Assembly (NCBI GenBank): GCA_036275055.1
Contig: DASUEN010000171.1
Coordinates: forward strand, 42,307 to 106,306
Origin: Thermoanaerobaculia bacterium
GTDB taxonomy: Bacteria; Acidobacteriota; Thermoanaerobaculia; Multivoradales; UBA5704
Reading direction: 5' to 3'
DNA: 64,000 bases
Position numbers and translations under genes: made by a program. The notes beneath the pieces are model-generated. The model saw only the letters and a program-made list of their open reading frames with translations, was not told the origin of the DNA and did no database searches. This document shows positions 49,452 to 58,118 of this stretch, piece by piece; within the stretch, counting starts at the first letter, position 1, and the number at the start of each line of letters is the position of its first letter.

Positions 49452-50385
49452 GGGATTCCTCCCCTCCCAGCTCGACGCGCGCGAAAAGGCCAGGACGCAG
49501 GCGCCCATCGGAGTTGGGGAATTCGGCCTCGGCGAAGAAGGTGCGGGTGGACGGATCGATGACGCCGCCCAAGGTCTTGATCCGTCCACTGAACGTCTCG
49601 CCGGGATAAGGGTCCACACGGGCGATGATCGGTTGCCCGGTCTTAAGGTTCGGAAGGTACCGCTCGGGAACGCTGAAACGGAGCTTGAGCGGCGCCGTCT
49701 GCACGATGACGAAAGCGACGCCGGCTTCGCCGAGGCGCTCGCCCGGATTGGTCTTGCGCTGATCGACGACGCCGGTGATCGGCGAGCGGATCACCGCATC
49801 TTCCACTTTCTGGCGGGCCAGGGCCAACGCCGCCTCGGTCGATTGGCGTGCGGCCTGGGCCTGGTCCAGCGCGGCCTGGGCTTTGTCGAACGTGGCCTGT
49901 GGGATCGATTCGTTGGCGAGCAGCCCCTTCTTGCGGGTCCACTCGCGGCGGGCGTCGTCCTCGGCCGCCTTGGTCCGGGCGAGGTCCGCCTGGGTGCGCT
50001 GCACGTCGAGCTTCAGGTACTCGGTCTCCAGCACGAGCAGGGGCTGCCCCTTGCTCACCCGCTGCCCGGCGTCCACGTACACGGTCGCCACGCGACCCGG
50101 CGTCTTGGGCGCCACCTGGGAGCTTGCCGGGGAGACGAACTCGCCCGTGGGCTCCAGGCTGGAGAGAGCGCCCTTCGCGTTCGTCTCCTCTGGTTTCGTT
50201 GCGGCGGCCGGTGCCGGGGTGCCCGGGGTCTCCGGCTGGGCGAGCTTGGCGACGTCGGCCGGCAGGGCCGGGGTGGGAGTTGCCGCGGTGGCCGCAGCGT
50301 CCTTCGACTTATCGTGAGCGCAGGCGGCGGCCAGCATCAGGGTGATCAGCGTGGCCGCGGCGAGCGCGAGGCTCTTCCCATTCAT
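49435..50385 (-). CDS. RND efflux membrane fusion protein (HlyD family), lipoprotein
   Basis: ATG 50385 follows GAGGAG. Lipobox LMLAAAC; coiled-coil hairpin and beta-barrel pattern. It overlaps the RND start by 17 nt. Confidence 0.9.
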   Translation of the reverse strand: MNGKSLALAAATLITLMLAAACAHDKSKDAAATAATPTPALPADVAKLAQPETPGTPAPAAATKPEETNAKGALSSLEPTGEFVSPASSQVAPKTPGRVATVYVDAGQRVSKGQPLLVLETEYLKLDVQRTQADLARTKAAEDDARREWTRKKGLLANESIPQATFDKAQAALDQAQAARQSTEAALALARQKVEDAVIRSPITGVVDQRKTNPGERLGEAGVAFVIVQTAPLKLRFSVPERYLPNLKTGQPIIARVDPYPGETFSGRIKTLGGVIDPSTRTFFAEAEFPNSDGRLRPGLFARVELGGEESHAKAR

Positions 50386-51728
50386 TTCGTGCTCTCCTCG
50401 GTGAGGATCAGAGTCTTCAAAGTTCCAACCGCGGACCACACGTTCAGCTCGGCCAGGTCGCGGTTCAAGGTTCCGTTCACCACCGCCCGGCGCGAGGAAG
50501 CGAGGGCGGCTTCCGACGTTTGCAGGTCGAGCGAGGTCGCTTCCTGGGCGCGGTAGAGCTCGAAGCTCTGGCCGTACTCGGCCTCGGCCGCGGCGAGCTG
50601 CTCCTTGGCGAGGGCTAGGTCCGTCTCCGCCGTCTTCAGCTCGAGCAGGGCCTGGAGGACGTCCTCCCGCACCTGGCGCTTGGCCTCCGCCAGTGCGATC
50701 TCCGCCTGGCGCTGGCGCTCGCGGGCCACGGCCACCTTGGCCGAGATCTCGCCGCTGTCGAAGATCGGCATCGTCAGCTTGATCGAGAGCGACGCCGTCC
50801 GGTCCGCCGGGAACGACGTGCGCTGGCTGACGAAGTCTCCCTCGGCCCGCACGGTGGGGAGGCGGGCCGCCTGCTGCTTCGAGGTCTCGAGCTGGGCGAT
50901 CTGGAACGCCAGGTCCGCCTGCTGGACAGTGGGATGATTCGCCTGCGCTTGGGCTACCAGCTCCTCGGCGGGCGGCAGGGGCGGGAACTTGAGGTCCGGC
51001 GACGCCACCTGGAGCGTGGCGCCCGCGGGCTGGTCGAGGGCGAGGTTCAGCCGCAGGCGGCTGGCCGCGAGGTCCCGGCTTTGGACCGCCGCCGCCAGGG
51101 CCCGTTCGGCCGCCTTGGTATCCGTCTCCACCCGCAGCACGTCCACCTTGGTCTGCTCTCCCGCTTCATAGAAGGCCTGTGCCTGCTTGCGCCGGCGTGC
51201 GGCCAGCTCCAGGTTCCGCTGCTCCACGTCGACCAGGGCCTGCCCCTGGACGATCCCCAGGTAGTTGGAGGCCGTCGCCAGCAGGACCATGTCCTCCGTC
51301 GACCGCAGCCCCACCTCGGCGCTGGTCACTCCCATGCGCGCCTGGCGCAGCGCCTTGAGCTCCCGGGCACCGGCGTAGATGGGCTGGCTGAAGATGAGCC
51401 GCGCGTTCCAGTCGTTGCGCGGCAGGATCGTCGCCCGGAAGCCGTTCACGTCGAAAGCCACCTCCTGGCCGTTGCGGATGACCGCGCTTTCGAGGTCGAG
51501 GTGGGGCAAGATCGACGTCTTGAGCTGGCGCACCTGCGCTTGCGAGGTCGCCACTTGGGAGCGGGCCGTGGCCGTGGCCGCATTCGCCTCCAGCGCCCGC
51601 CGCAGCGCCTGTTGCAGCGTCAGCGCCGGAGCGGGCTCCTGGGCGCGGGCGGCGGGGGATGGCAACGACAACAGCGCGAGGGCCAGAGCGATTCCGCCCC
51701 TCCCGCCAGGTCTCGTCCAAAAATTCAT
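50382..51728 (-). CDS. TolC-family outer membrane efflux protein
   Basis: ATG 51728. Signal peptide, then two OEP repeats (LTLQQALRRALE...; VLQALLELKTAETDL...). ATGA overlap with the MFP gene. Confidence 0.9.
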   Translation of the reverse strand: MNFWTRPGGRGGIALALALLSLPSPAARAQEPAPALTLQQALRRALEANAATATARSQVATSQAQVRQLKTSILPHLDLESAVIRNGQEVAFDVNGFRATILPRNDWNARLIFSQPIYAGARELKALRQARMGVTSAEVGLRSTEDMVLLATASNYLGIVQGQALVDVEQRNLELAARRRKQAQAFYEAGEQTKVDVLRVETDTKAAERALAAAVQSRDLAASRLRLNLALDQPAGATLQVASPDLKFPPLPPAEELVAQAQANHPTVQQADLAFQIAQLETSKQQAARLPTVRAEGDFVSQRTSFPADRTASLSIKLTMPIFDSGEISAKVAVARERQRQAEIALAEAKRQVREDVLQALLELKTAETDLALAKEQLAAAEAEYGQSFELYRAQEATSLDLQTSEAALASSRRAVVNGTLNRDLAELNVWSAVGTLKTLILTEESTK

Positions 51729-51962
51729 GTCTCTTTTTCCTCCCGAGCCTCTCCTTTGCACCGAGAGGGTGCGAGGAGGGCCGGCCTACTGCCTTTTCGT
51801 CCAACGGCTGATTTCAAGGTAGATTTGCCGCGAAAGCTCCCGGGACCTCTCCGCCCCGCCCGAACCTTGGACATACGGTAGAAACCGGCTGAAGTTTACG
51901 GCGGAACCTTGTGCCCTTTCCTGCGTTCTATGAGAATCGTCCGGCGAGGAGAACCATTCCCC

Positions 51963-52874
51963 ATGATCCAGAAACGTCACATCCTGCTCCCGGCCCTCAC
52001 CGTCCTCACCCTCGCCTCTGGGGTCTCCGCCCAAACGGCGGCGAAGCCTCCCGGCTACCCCGAGCTGTTCGACCAGGCCTCGGTCTCCTACGAGAAGGGG
52101 GACTGGGCGCACTGTGGCGAGCACTTCGCCGCCGCCGCCAAGGCCGCCCCCCTCGATCGCCAGGCCGCCCGCGCCCTTTCCGGCGCCGCCCGCTGCCATG
52201 CCCATGGGGGTGACAAGGACGCCGCCCTCCACGACCTCGAGCAGGCTTCGTCTCGCGGCTACCGCGACGCCGACCGCGTCGCCACCGATCCCGACTTCGA
52301 TTCCCTGCGGCAGGACCCGCGCTGGAAGACCTTCGTCGACCAGGTGAGGGCCCGCGACACGGCGGCTCGCAAGGGCCCCCTCAACCCGGAGCTGGAGAAA
52401 CTCTACAACGAAGATCAGGCGGACCGTGCACCCGAGATGGGGAAGGTCGATTGGAGCGTCGTCGCCAAGCGGGACGAGGAGCGCCGCAAGCGGGTACTGG
52501 AGATCGTGGCCCAGGGGGGCACCAAGGAGGCCCCCGACTACGTTCACGCCGCCATGGTCCTCCAGCACGGCCAGGCGCCCGAGGACTTCCAGCACGCCCA
52601 TGAGTGGTGCCTCAAAGCCGTGGAGCTCGATCCGGACTACCCCGGCGCCCGCTGGCTCGCCGCCGCCGCCCAGGACCGCTACCTCATGAACCTCGGTAAG
52701 CCGCAACTCTACGGCACCCAGTTCAAGCGGGACCCTAAGGGCGGCCCCTGGTATCTCTACCAGGTTGATCCTACGATCACCGATGAAGAGCGAGCGAAGT
52801 GGGACGTGCCGCCCCTCGCCCGGGCCAAGGCGCGCGTCGAGGCGCTCAATGGGGGGACGTTCCAGCCGCATTGA
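51963..52874 (+). CDS. Secreted hypothetical protein (DUF6624-like, tentative)
   Basis: ATG 51963. Signal peptide MIQKRHILLPALTVLTLASGVSA, then a helical-repeat-like body. Confidence 0.55.
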   Translation: MIQKRHILLPALTVLTLASGVSAQTAAKPPGYPELFDQASVSYEKGDWAHCGEHFAAAAKAAPLDRQAARALSGAARCHAHGGDKDAALHDLEQASSRGYRDADRVATDPDFDSLRQDPRWKTFVDQVRARDTAARKGPLNPELEKLYNEDQADRAPEMGKVDWSVVAKRDEERRKRVLEIVAQGGTKEAPDYVHAAMVLQHGQAPEDFQHAHEWCLKAVELDPDYPGARWLAAAAQDRYLMNLGKPQLYGTQFKRDPKGGPWYLYQVDPTITDEERAKWDVPPLARAKARVEALNGGTFQPH

Positions 52875-52876
52875 CT

Positions 52877-53040
52877 CAGAGGGTGTTTGGAAACGCATCC
52901 TGAATCCGGGGGTCTGCGCTTGGAATCCTCTCCCCCTCTCCCGTCTCCCGGCGGGGGGTAGGGTGGGAGACCGGAGAGGGGGAGAGGATTCCAAGCGCAG
53001 AACGGCCGGATTTTCCAAACTCCCTCTCAGACATTGACTC
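52877..53040. repeat. ~160-bp imperfect palindrome (REP-like, same GGAGAGGG flavour as 22487-22612)
   Basis: The inner arm CTGCGCTTGGAATCCTCTCCCCCTCTCCCGTCTCCC (52925-52960) faces its reverse complement at 52976-53011 with one mismatch. Outer arms are AGAGGGTGTTTGGAAA and TTTTCCAAACTCCCTCT. Confidence 0.85.
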
Positions 53041-53182
53041 GGAGGTATCGGCGCTCGCGACTAGCACAATCTTGCTATCTCGCATGGGAACGCTCCCCAG
53101 GCCAAACACTCTCCGTCTACCTCGCGTAGGAAATACCAGCGGCACTCTGCCGCCGAAGGTGTCTTCGCAGAAAGGAGACGAC

Positions 53183-54463
53183 ATGGCCTTCAAGTTGCGG
53201 ATCCTGTTCGACGGCCTCTGCGTTTTCGTTCCAAACACCGACGAGGGCAAAGGGATGCGGGTGCTGGTGATCGATGGACGCGCGCCCGGCCTCGCCTCGA
53301 ACGGTGAGAGCCAGGTCTCGCATATCCCGAGCCTGCGCTTCGCCATTGCCGACCTCGCCGCCGCCGATCACCAGCCAGCCTACCGCATCGACTACAGCTC
53401 GGCGGACCCCGTCCCGAAAGGCGCCTGGCTCCTCAACGGCGACGATCTCGAGATCCGCGTCGACGGGGCGCCGCTGGCCGACGGACCGCTCACCATCTTG
53501 CGGTCGGAGCCGAGCCGCGACTTCGCGCTCGTTCCGAGCATGCGGATCATCTATCCGGAGACTCTGGGAATCGAAGTCCGGGAGGAGTGCCTGGATCGAA
53601 ACCTCAAGCGGCTGGCCGATGCGGGCCTGGCGGCGCGAATCCGTCTCCAGAACGGCGTCGTCGGCGCTTGGGACGGCGCGGATGGCCGGTACATCTCCAG
53701 CGACGAGTTCATGTTCATCGGCACTCCGGGTTTCCATCGTCAAAGGGTTGCCGGCTGCGTCTTCTTCGAGACCGAGGTCGCGGGAGAGACAGTGGAGATC
53801 GTCTCGCGTCAGCGCGGTCATGGACCTGTTTTCCAGCCCGCCGATGGGCAAACGTTGGAAATCAGCCTCCGGAACGATCCGCCGGAGGAACTCATGGGGG
53901 CACGTCCGACGAACCCTGAGGCTGACTATGACTTCGAGTTGGTTTACAAGGTCGCCAAGAATCCCCCGGCCGAGCTCCGCGTCCCAGTTCTGGCCACGGC
54001 GGTCTGGCCCGGCGCGACGGCGGCGGCAACCGCTACAGAGCAGACCGGCGATTCGCCCGCGACGTTCAACCCAAGCAGCGAGGCGGACCCGCCCGGCAAA
54101 TGCATGCCGGCCAGCTACAATCCCAGCAGCGAGGCCGACCCGCCCGGCAGCAGGTGCATTCCGGCGAGCTACAATCCCAGTAGCGAAGCGGACCCTCCCG
54201 GTCGTTGCATGCCGGCGAGTTATAACCCGAGCAGTGAAGCGGGTGGCCGGCCGTATTGCTCCGGGGCAGAGTACAACCCGAGCCAGGAGGCGGGTGGCAT
54301 AGACACCGTCCGTTGTAATCCTGTGGCATACAACTCCAGTAGTGAAGCCGGAAAATACCCTGTCGTCTGCCTGCCTGCCGAATTCAACCCGAATCACGAA
54401 GCTGGTGGGTTCGCTCGTCCACTCTGCTTCGGCGTAATCTATAACCCAACTCCCGAAGCCTGA
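53183..54463 (+). CDS. Hypothetical 426-aa protein: unknown ~290-aa N-terminal domain plus seven tandem single-Cys peptide units delimited by [F/Y]-N-P-x-x-E-A
   Basis: AAAGGAG RBS and ATG 53183, with no signal peptide. The C-terminus reads ATF|NPSSEADPPGKCMPASY|NPSSEADPPGSRCIPASY|NPSSEADPPGRCMPASY|NPSSEAGGRPYCSGAEY|NPSQEAGGIDTVRCNPVAY|NSSSEAGKYPVVCLPAEF|NPNHEAGGFARPLCFGVIY|NPTPEA*. Confidence 0.75.
   Translation: MAFKLRILFDGLCVFVPNTDEGKGMRVLVIDGRAPGLASNGESQVSHIPSLRFAIADLAAADHQPAYRIDYSSADPVPKGAWLLNGDDLEIRVDGAPLADGPLTILRSEPSRDFALVPSMRIIYPETLGIEVREECLDRNLKRLADAGLAARIRLQNGVVGAWDGADGRYISSDEFMFIGTPGFHRQRVAGCVFFETEVAGETVEIVSRQRGHGPVFQPADGQTLEISLRNDPPEELMGARPTNPEADYDFELVYKVAKNPPAELRVPVLATAVWPGATAAATATEQTGDSPATFNPSSEADPPGKCMPASYNPSSEADPPGSRCIPASYNPSSEADPPGRCMPASYNPSSEAGGRPYCSGAEYNPSQEAGGIDTVRCNPVAYNSSSEAGKYPVVCLPAEFNPNHEAGGFARPLCFGVIYNPTPEA
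54065..54460 (+). repeat. Coding tandem repeat (7 units of 17-19 codons plus a terminal half unit)
   Basis: See the 53183..54463 CDS. The units are conserved at the amino-acid level and diverged at synonymous sites. Confidence 0.85.
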
Positions 54464-54465
54464 TT

Positions 54466-56355
54466 TCAACCCGCGGGGAGCGGCGTTACAACCGCTCCCC
54501 GGTCGGGCTCGCCCTCGAGGATGCCGTTCGCAATCCAGAGGGCGAAGTCCTGGCGCGGGGGGGCGACGCAACCTGTCAGGCAGTCCATCGCAATCTCGAG
54601 GGTGGTCACGGAAACCTGCGCAATCTCCACTGCCACGGCTTCCGCGGGCAGATAAACGTTCTGGAGATTGTCCCATCCCTCCCGCTCGGCGGCGCCTGGG
54701 ACCGACCAGCCTCCCGCGAAATGGTTTCCGAAGTACGTCTTCCCACCAACCTCGACTCGCAGGGCTAGACGATTGACGATCGCCGGGATCTCGGGAGTGC
54801 CACTACCCAGAGGGCCGGGCGGATCGGTCCAGGCGAGGGTGATCTTGAGTGGCTGCGCGGCGTCGGCGAGGCGGATCGGCCAGATTCTCTGCTGGCCTGA
54901 GGAGGTAAAGAGAAGGGTTTGATCGAGCCAGGCGCGCCTCAGATTGGGGGCCAGGACGTTCTCGAGGTTGAGCCTTCCCCAGCCTTGCCGGCGATTGGGA
55001 ATGGGGCCGCCGTCGCCCGTATCCACGGCGCCGTTGACGATCAGGGCCCGCAGCAAGGCCGGTGACGGATCGCGGCCGGCCGTGGTCCGCCACCACTGCG
55101 TCAGCAGGGCGCAGGCTCCCGAGGTCAGCGCTGTGGCTCCAGAGGTGCCCCCTCCCCAGGTGAGCCGTCGGCTCAGGTACTTTCTTTCTCCCGGCTGGGC
55201 GCCATGGTTGGCCGTGGCAGACCATTGCCCAGGCGCCACCACGTGAGGACGGATGCGGCCATCGCCGCAATTGCCGAGACTGCTCGCATAAAAGCCGGTG
55301 TCGTAGTCGCCCGAATAGACCGCGGAGATGGTTTCGGCTTCGATTCCGCCGTCGCGCGGCCGGTAGGTGCTCGAGTTGCCGGTTACCAGGACGTTTTTCG
55401 CCCCTGCAGGACGGTTGAGGCCCTTGGTTCCTTCGTTTCCGGCAGCGAAACAGATGGTGAGAGGCTTCGGTGTCGGTCCCCTCGGATCGGAATTGCGCAC
55501 CATCCGATCGTAGAGTGCCTCCTCGGAACCATAGTCCATGGGGTTGCGCGTGCCCTTGCCAAAGGAGTTGTTCTGCACCGTCCCCGGGGCGCCGGAAGGA
55601 CCCGCCTCGGTTACCGTTTGGCGGCAGACCTCCTCGGGCGGGTCGAAGCGGTCTTGAGCCAGCAGGTCCGCCGCGGGCGCCACCCCCAAGCCGTAAAGGT
55701 ATCCGGCCTCGTCGCGCTCCTCCAGATAACGGCCGGCCGCGAGCCCTGCCATTGCCGTACCGTGCCAGGATTTCTTACCGTTCGCGAGGTCGCGAATACG
55801 GCCGGTAAAGGCGGGGTGATCGACGTTGACTCCGCTATCGACGATGCCGATCGTCACTCCCGCGCCGTCGAGCCCGTGCGCCCTCAGCCATGCGAGATAG
55901 GAGCCGCTCGGTATGCCTTCCCGGTCGTATTGGCCTGCGAGGATGAGGCCGGTCACCTCGTCCTGAAGGACCGGCGGCTCCCGGCTTTCGACCGCCAGTA
56001 CGTGCGGCACGGCGAGGACTCTCCGCTGCGCCTCTTCCGTCAAGCGTGCTGGTATACGCAGGAAGTACACCCCGGTGGAAGGCTGCGCGGTCAGAACGAC
56101 CCAGACGCTTCGGCTTCCACCCTTGGGGAAATCAACGCGCGGCTTCATCGCCGGAGTCAGCGGCACGACCTGGCGAACGAAAGAGAGCCCCTCTGCCGTG
56201 CGAAGTGCAGCGTCTGTGCCCGAGCCGAGATAGGTCCCGGCAGATCGATACTGGAGAAGCTCTACGCCGCGGCGGCGCAACGCCTCCGGCCAGCAGGGCT
56301 CGACCGGGCCGGCCAACTCCACGTAAGCAAGCGAGCGGTGTCCAGAGTGGCTCAT
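54466..56355 (-). CDS. Subtilisin-like S8 serine peptidase, no signal peptide, with N-terminal pro-like region and C-terminal beta domain
   Basis: The start is taken at ATG 56355 (MSHSGHRS...), because the longer ORF overlaps the divergent amidase gene. Catalytic triad contexts: GIVDSGV (Asp), SWHGTAMAG (His), GGGTSGATALTSG (Ser). Confidence 0.85.
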   Translation of the reverse strand: MSHSGHRSLAYVELAGPVEPCWPEALRRRGVELLQYRSAGTYLGSGTDAALRTAEGLSFVRQVVPLTPAMKPRVDFPKGGSRSVWVVLTAQPSTGVYFLRIPARLTEEAQRRVLAVPHVLAVESREPPVLQDEVTGLILAGQYDREGIPSGSYLAWLRAHGLDGAGVTIGIVDSGVNVDHPAFTGRIRDLANGKKSWHGTAMAGLAAGRYLEERDEAGYLYGLGVAPAADLLAQDRFDPPEEVCRQTVTEAGPSGAPGTVQNNSFGKGTRNPMDYGSEEALYDRMVRNSDPRGPTPKPLTICFAAGNEGTKGLNRPAGAKNVLVTGNSSTYRPRDGGIEAETISAVYSGDYDTGFYASSLGNCGDGRIRPHVVAPGQWSATANHGAQPGERKYLSRRLTWGGGTSGATALTSGACALLTQWWRTTAGRDPSPALLRALIVNGAVDTGDGGPIPNRRQGWGRLNLENVLAPNLRRAWLDQTLLFTSSGQQRIWPIRLADAAQPLKITLAWTDPPGPLGSGTPEIPAIVNRLALRVEVGGKTYFGNHFAGGWSVPGAAEREGWDNLQNVYLPAEAVAVEIAQVSVTTLEIAMDCLTGCVAPPRQDFALWIANGILEGEPDRGAVVTPLPAG

Positions 56356-56424
56356 CAGACGGATAGAATAGCCCCCTTCGAAGGGACTCAACGCGTCAGC
56401 CCTTGTGGTAGCGTCTGCGTCGCC

Positions 56425-57459
56425 ATGCGAATCCATGTCGCCGTCGCCGCGTCCATCCTTGGGCTCACCGCTGCCGTCACGGCCGCCCAGCAGGGGCCGA
56501 AAACACACCGCCTCGAAGCCACGCCGTCCACCGTTGCCTACGGCTACTACTGGTCCGAAGCGAAGCCGGTGCTGCGCATCGCCTCGGGCGACGTCATCGA
56601 CGTGGACACGCTGTTGACGAACACTCCCGCCGGGCTCCAGCGTGCCGGCGTGCCCGACGACAAGATCCAGAGCTCGCTGAAAGCGATCGTGGCCGAGGTC
56701 ACCGGAGACCGTCGCGGGCCTGGGGGGCACATCCTCACCGGTCCGGTGTATGTCGAGGGAGCGCAGCCGGGCGACGTGCTCGAGGTGAAGATCCTATCGA
56801 TCGATTTCGCGATCGGCTACGGCTACAACGGCTGCAGCGGCTTCCTGCCGGAAAACTGCGATCGTTCCCTCGCCCCGCGCATCCTTCCCATCGATGCGAA
56901 GGCGAGGACCGCGGAATTCGCGCCTGGCATCGTGATCCCACTACATCCGTTCTTCGGCAGCATGGGCGTCGCACCGGCGCCGGAGCTCGGCCGGGTCAGC
57001 AGCAACCCGCCGGGGAAACACGCGGGCAATCTCGACAACAAGGAGCTCGTCGCCGGTTCGACGCTGTTCATTCCGGTCTTCACACCTGGCGCGCTGTTCG
57101 AGGTGGGCGATGGCCACGCCGCGCAGGGTGACGGCGAGGTCGATCAGACGGCGATCGAGACCTCCTTGCGCGCGCGGATTCAGCTCACCGTCCGCAAAGA
57201 CCTGAAGCTCACATGGCCGCGTGCCGAGACGGCGGCCGACTACATCAGCATGGCGACCGATCCGGATTTGACCGTCGCCACGAAGGCCGCGATCCAGGAG
57301 ATGATCGATTTCGTCGCGTCGACGCGGAAGATGACGAAGCACCAGGCGTACCAACTGGTGAGCATCGCCGGCAACGTCGCGGTGACGCAGCTCGTCGACA
57401 AGCCGAACGTCGGCGTCCACGTGCGGCTGCCGAAGAGCATCTTCAAGGAGGGCTCGTGA
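56425..57459 (+). CDS. Acetamidase/formamidase (FmdA/AmdA) family protein, secreted
   Basis: ATG 56425. Signal peptide MRIHVAVAASILGLTAAVTAA; GPVYVEGAQPGDVLEVKI and GDGHAAQGDGEV are typical of the family. Confidence 0.85.
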   Translation: MRIHVAVAASILGLTAAVTAAQQGPKTHRLEATPSTVAYGYYWSEAKPVLRIASGDVIDVDTLLTNTPAGLQRAGVPDDKIQSSLKAIVAEVTGDRRGPGGHILTGPVYVEGAQPGDVLEVKILSIDFAIGYGYNGCSGFLPENCDRSLAPRILPIDAKARTAEFAPGIVIPLHPFFGSMGVAPAPELGRVSSNPPGKHAGNLDNKELVAGSTLFIPVFTPGALFEVGDGHAAQGDGEVDQTAIETSLRARIQLTVRKDLKLTWPRAETAADYISMATDPDLTVATKAAIQEMIDFVASTRKMTKHQAYQLVSIAGNVAVTQLVDKPNVGVHVRLPKSIFKEGS

Positions 57460-58094
57460 GGGCGGAAGAGCCGCTGATTCCGAAACATGGCGGGTACCGG
57501 AAGCTGCGGAGCTTCCGGGTGGCGCAACTCGTCTACGACGTTACGGTACGTTTCTGCGAGCGTTTCGTCGACCGCAACAGCCGAACCCGCGATCAGATGG
57601 TGCAGGCGGCGCGCAGTGGAGTGCAAAACATTGCCGAGGGGAGCCAGGCGTCGGGAACCTCGAAGAAAACCGAGCTCAAGCTGACCAACGTGGCGCGGGC
57701 CAGTCTCGAGGAGCTGCGGCTCGATTACGAAGACTTCCTGCGGCAGAGGGGGCTCCCTCTGTTGTCACCGAATCACCCGTCCCTGGTGCGCTTCAAGGCG
57801 AGGCGCTGCGCCACCGTGGAGGACGTGCGCCTATGGGTCGAGGACGAGCAGGGACGGACACGGACGGGCAAGGACGAAAAGAAAAAGACCGACAGCTCGT
57901 CCGTGCCTGTCCGTGAAGTCCGTGTTTCGTCCGTGTCCTCTTCCACCTTGGTGGCCAACGCGGCCCTCTCTCTGCTAAACCTTTGCTGTTACCTGCTCGA
58001 CCGCCAATTGGCGGCCCAGGCCCAGGCTTTCGAAACCGAAGGCGGCTTTACGGAGCGCCTCTACAGGATCCGGAGTCAGCGGAGAAGGAGCTGA
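57456..58094 (+). CDS. Four-helix-bundle protein (23S rRNA intervening-sequence protein family) with internal low-complexity insert
   Basis: GTGA overlap start. YRKLRSFRVAQLVYDVTVRFCERF...DQMVQAARSGVQNIAEGS; C-terminal NLCCYLLDRQL. Confidence 0.8.
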   Translation: MRAEEPLIPKHGGYRKLRSFRVAQLVYDVTVRFCERFVDRNSRTRDQMVQAARSGVQNIAEGSQASGTSKKTELKLTNVARASLEELRLDYEDFLRQRGLPLLSPNHPSLVRFKARRCATVEDVRLWVEDEQGRTRTGKDEKKKTDSSSVPVREVRVSSVSSSTLVANAALSLLNLCCYLLDRQLAAQAQAFETEGGFTERLYRIRSQRRRS

Positions 58095-58118
58095 TTCCTT
58101 TTCAGAGGGACCCCAACC

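Noticed and set aside
56356-56436. Longer start (Met at 56436 or 56730) for the S8 peptidase.
   Set aside because: These extensions would overlap the divergent, well-supported acetamidase gene start (56425) and encode Arg/Gly-rich sequence. ATG 56355 was chosen, but this remains unverified.
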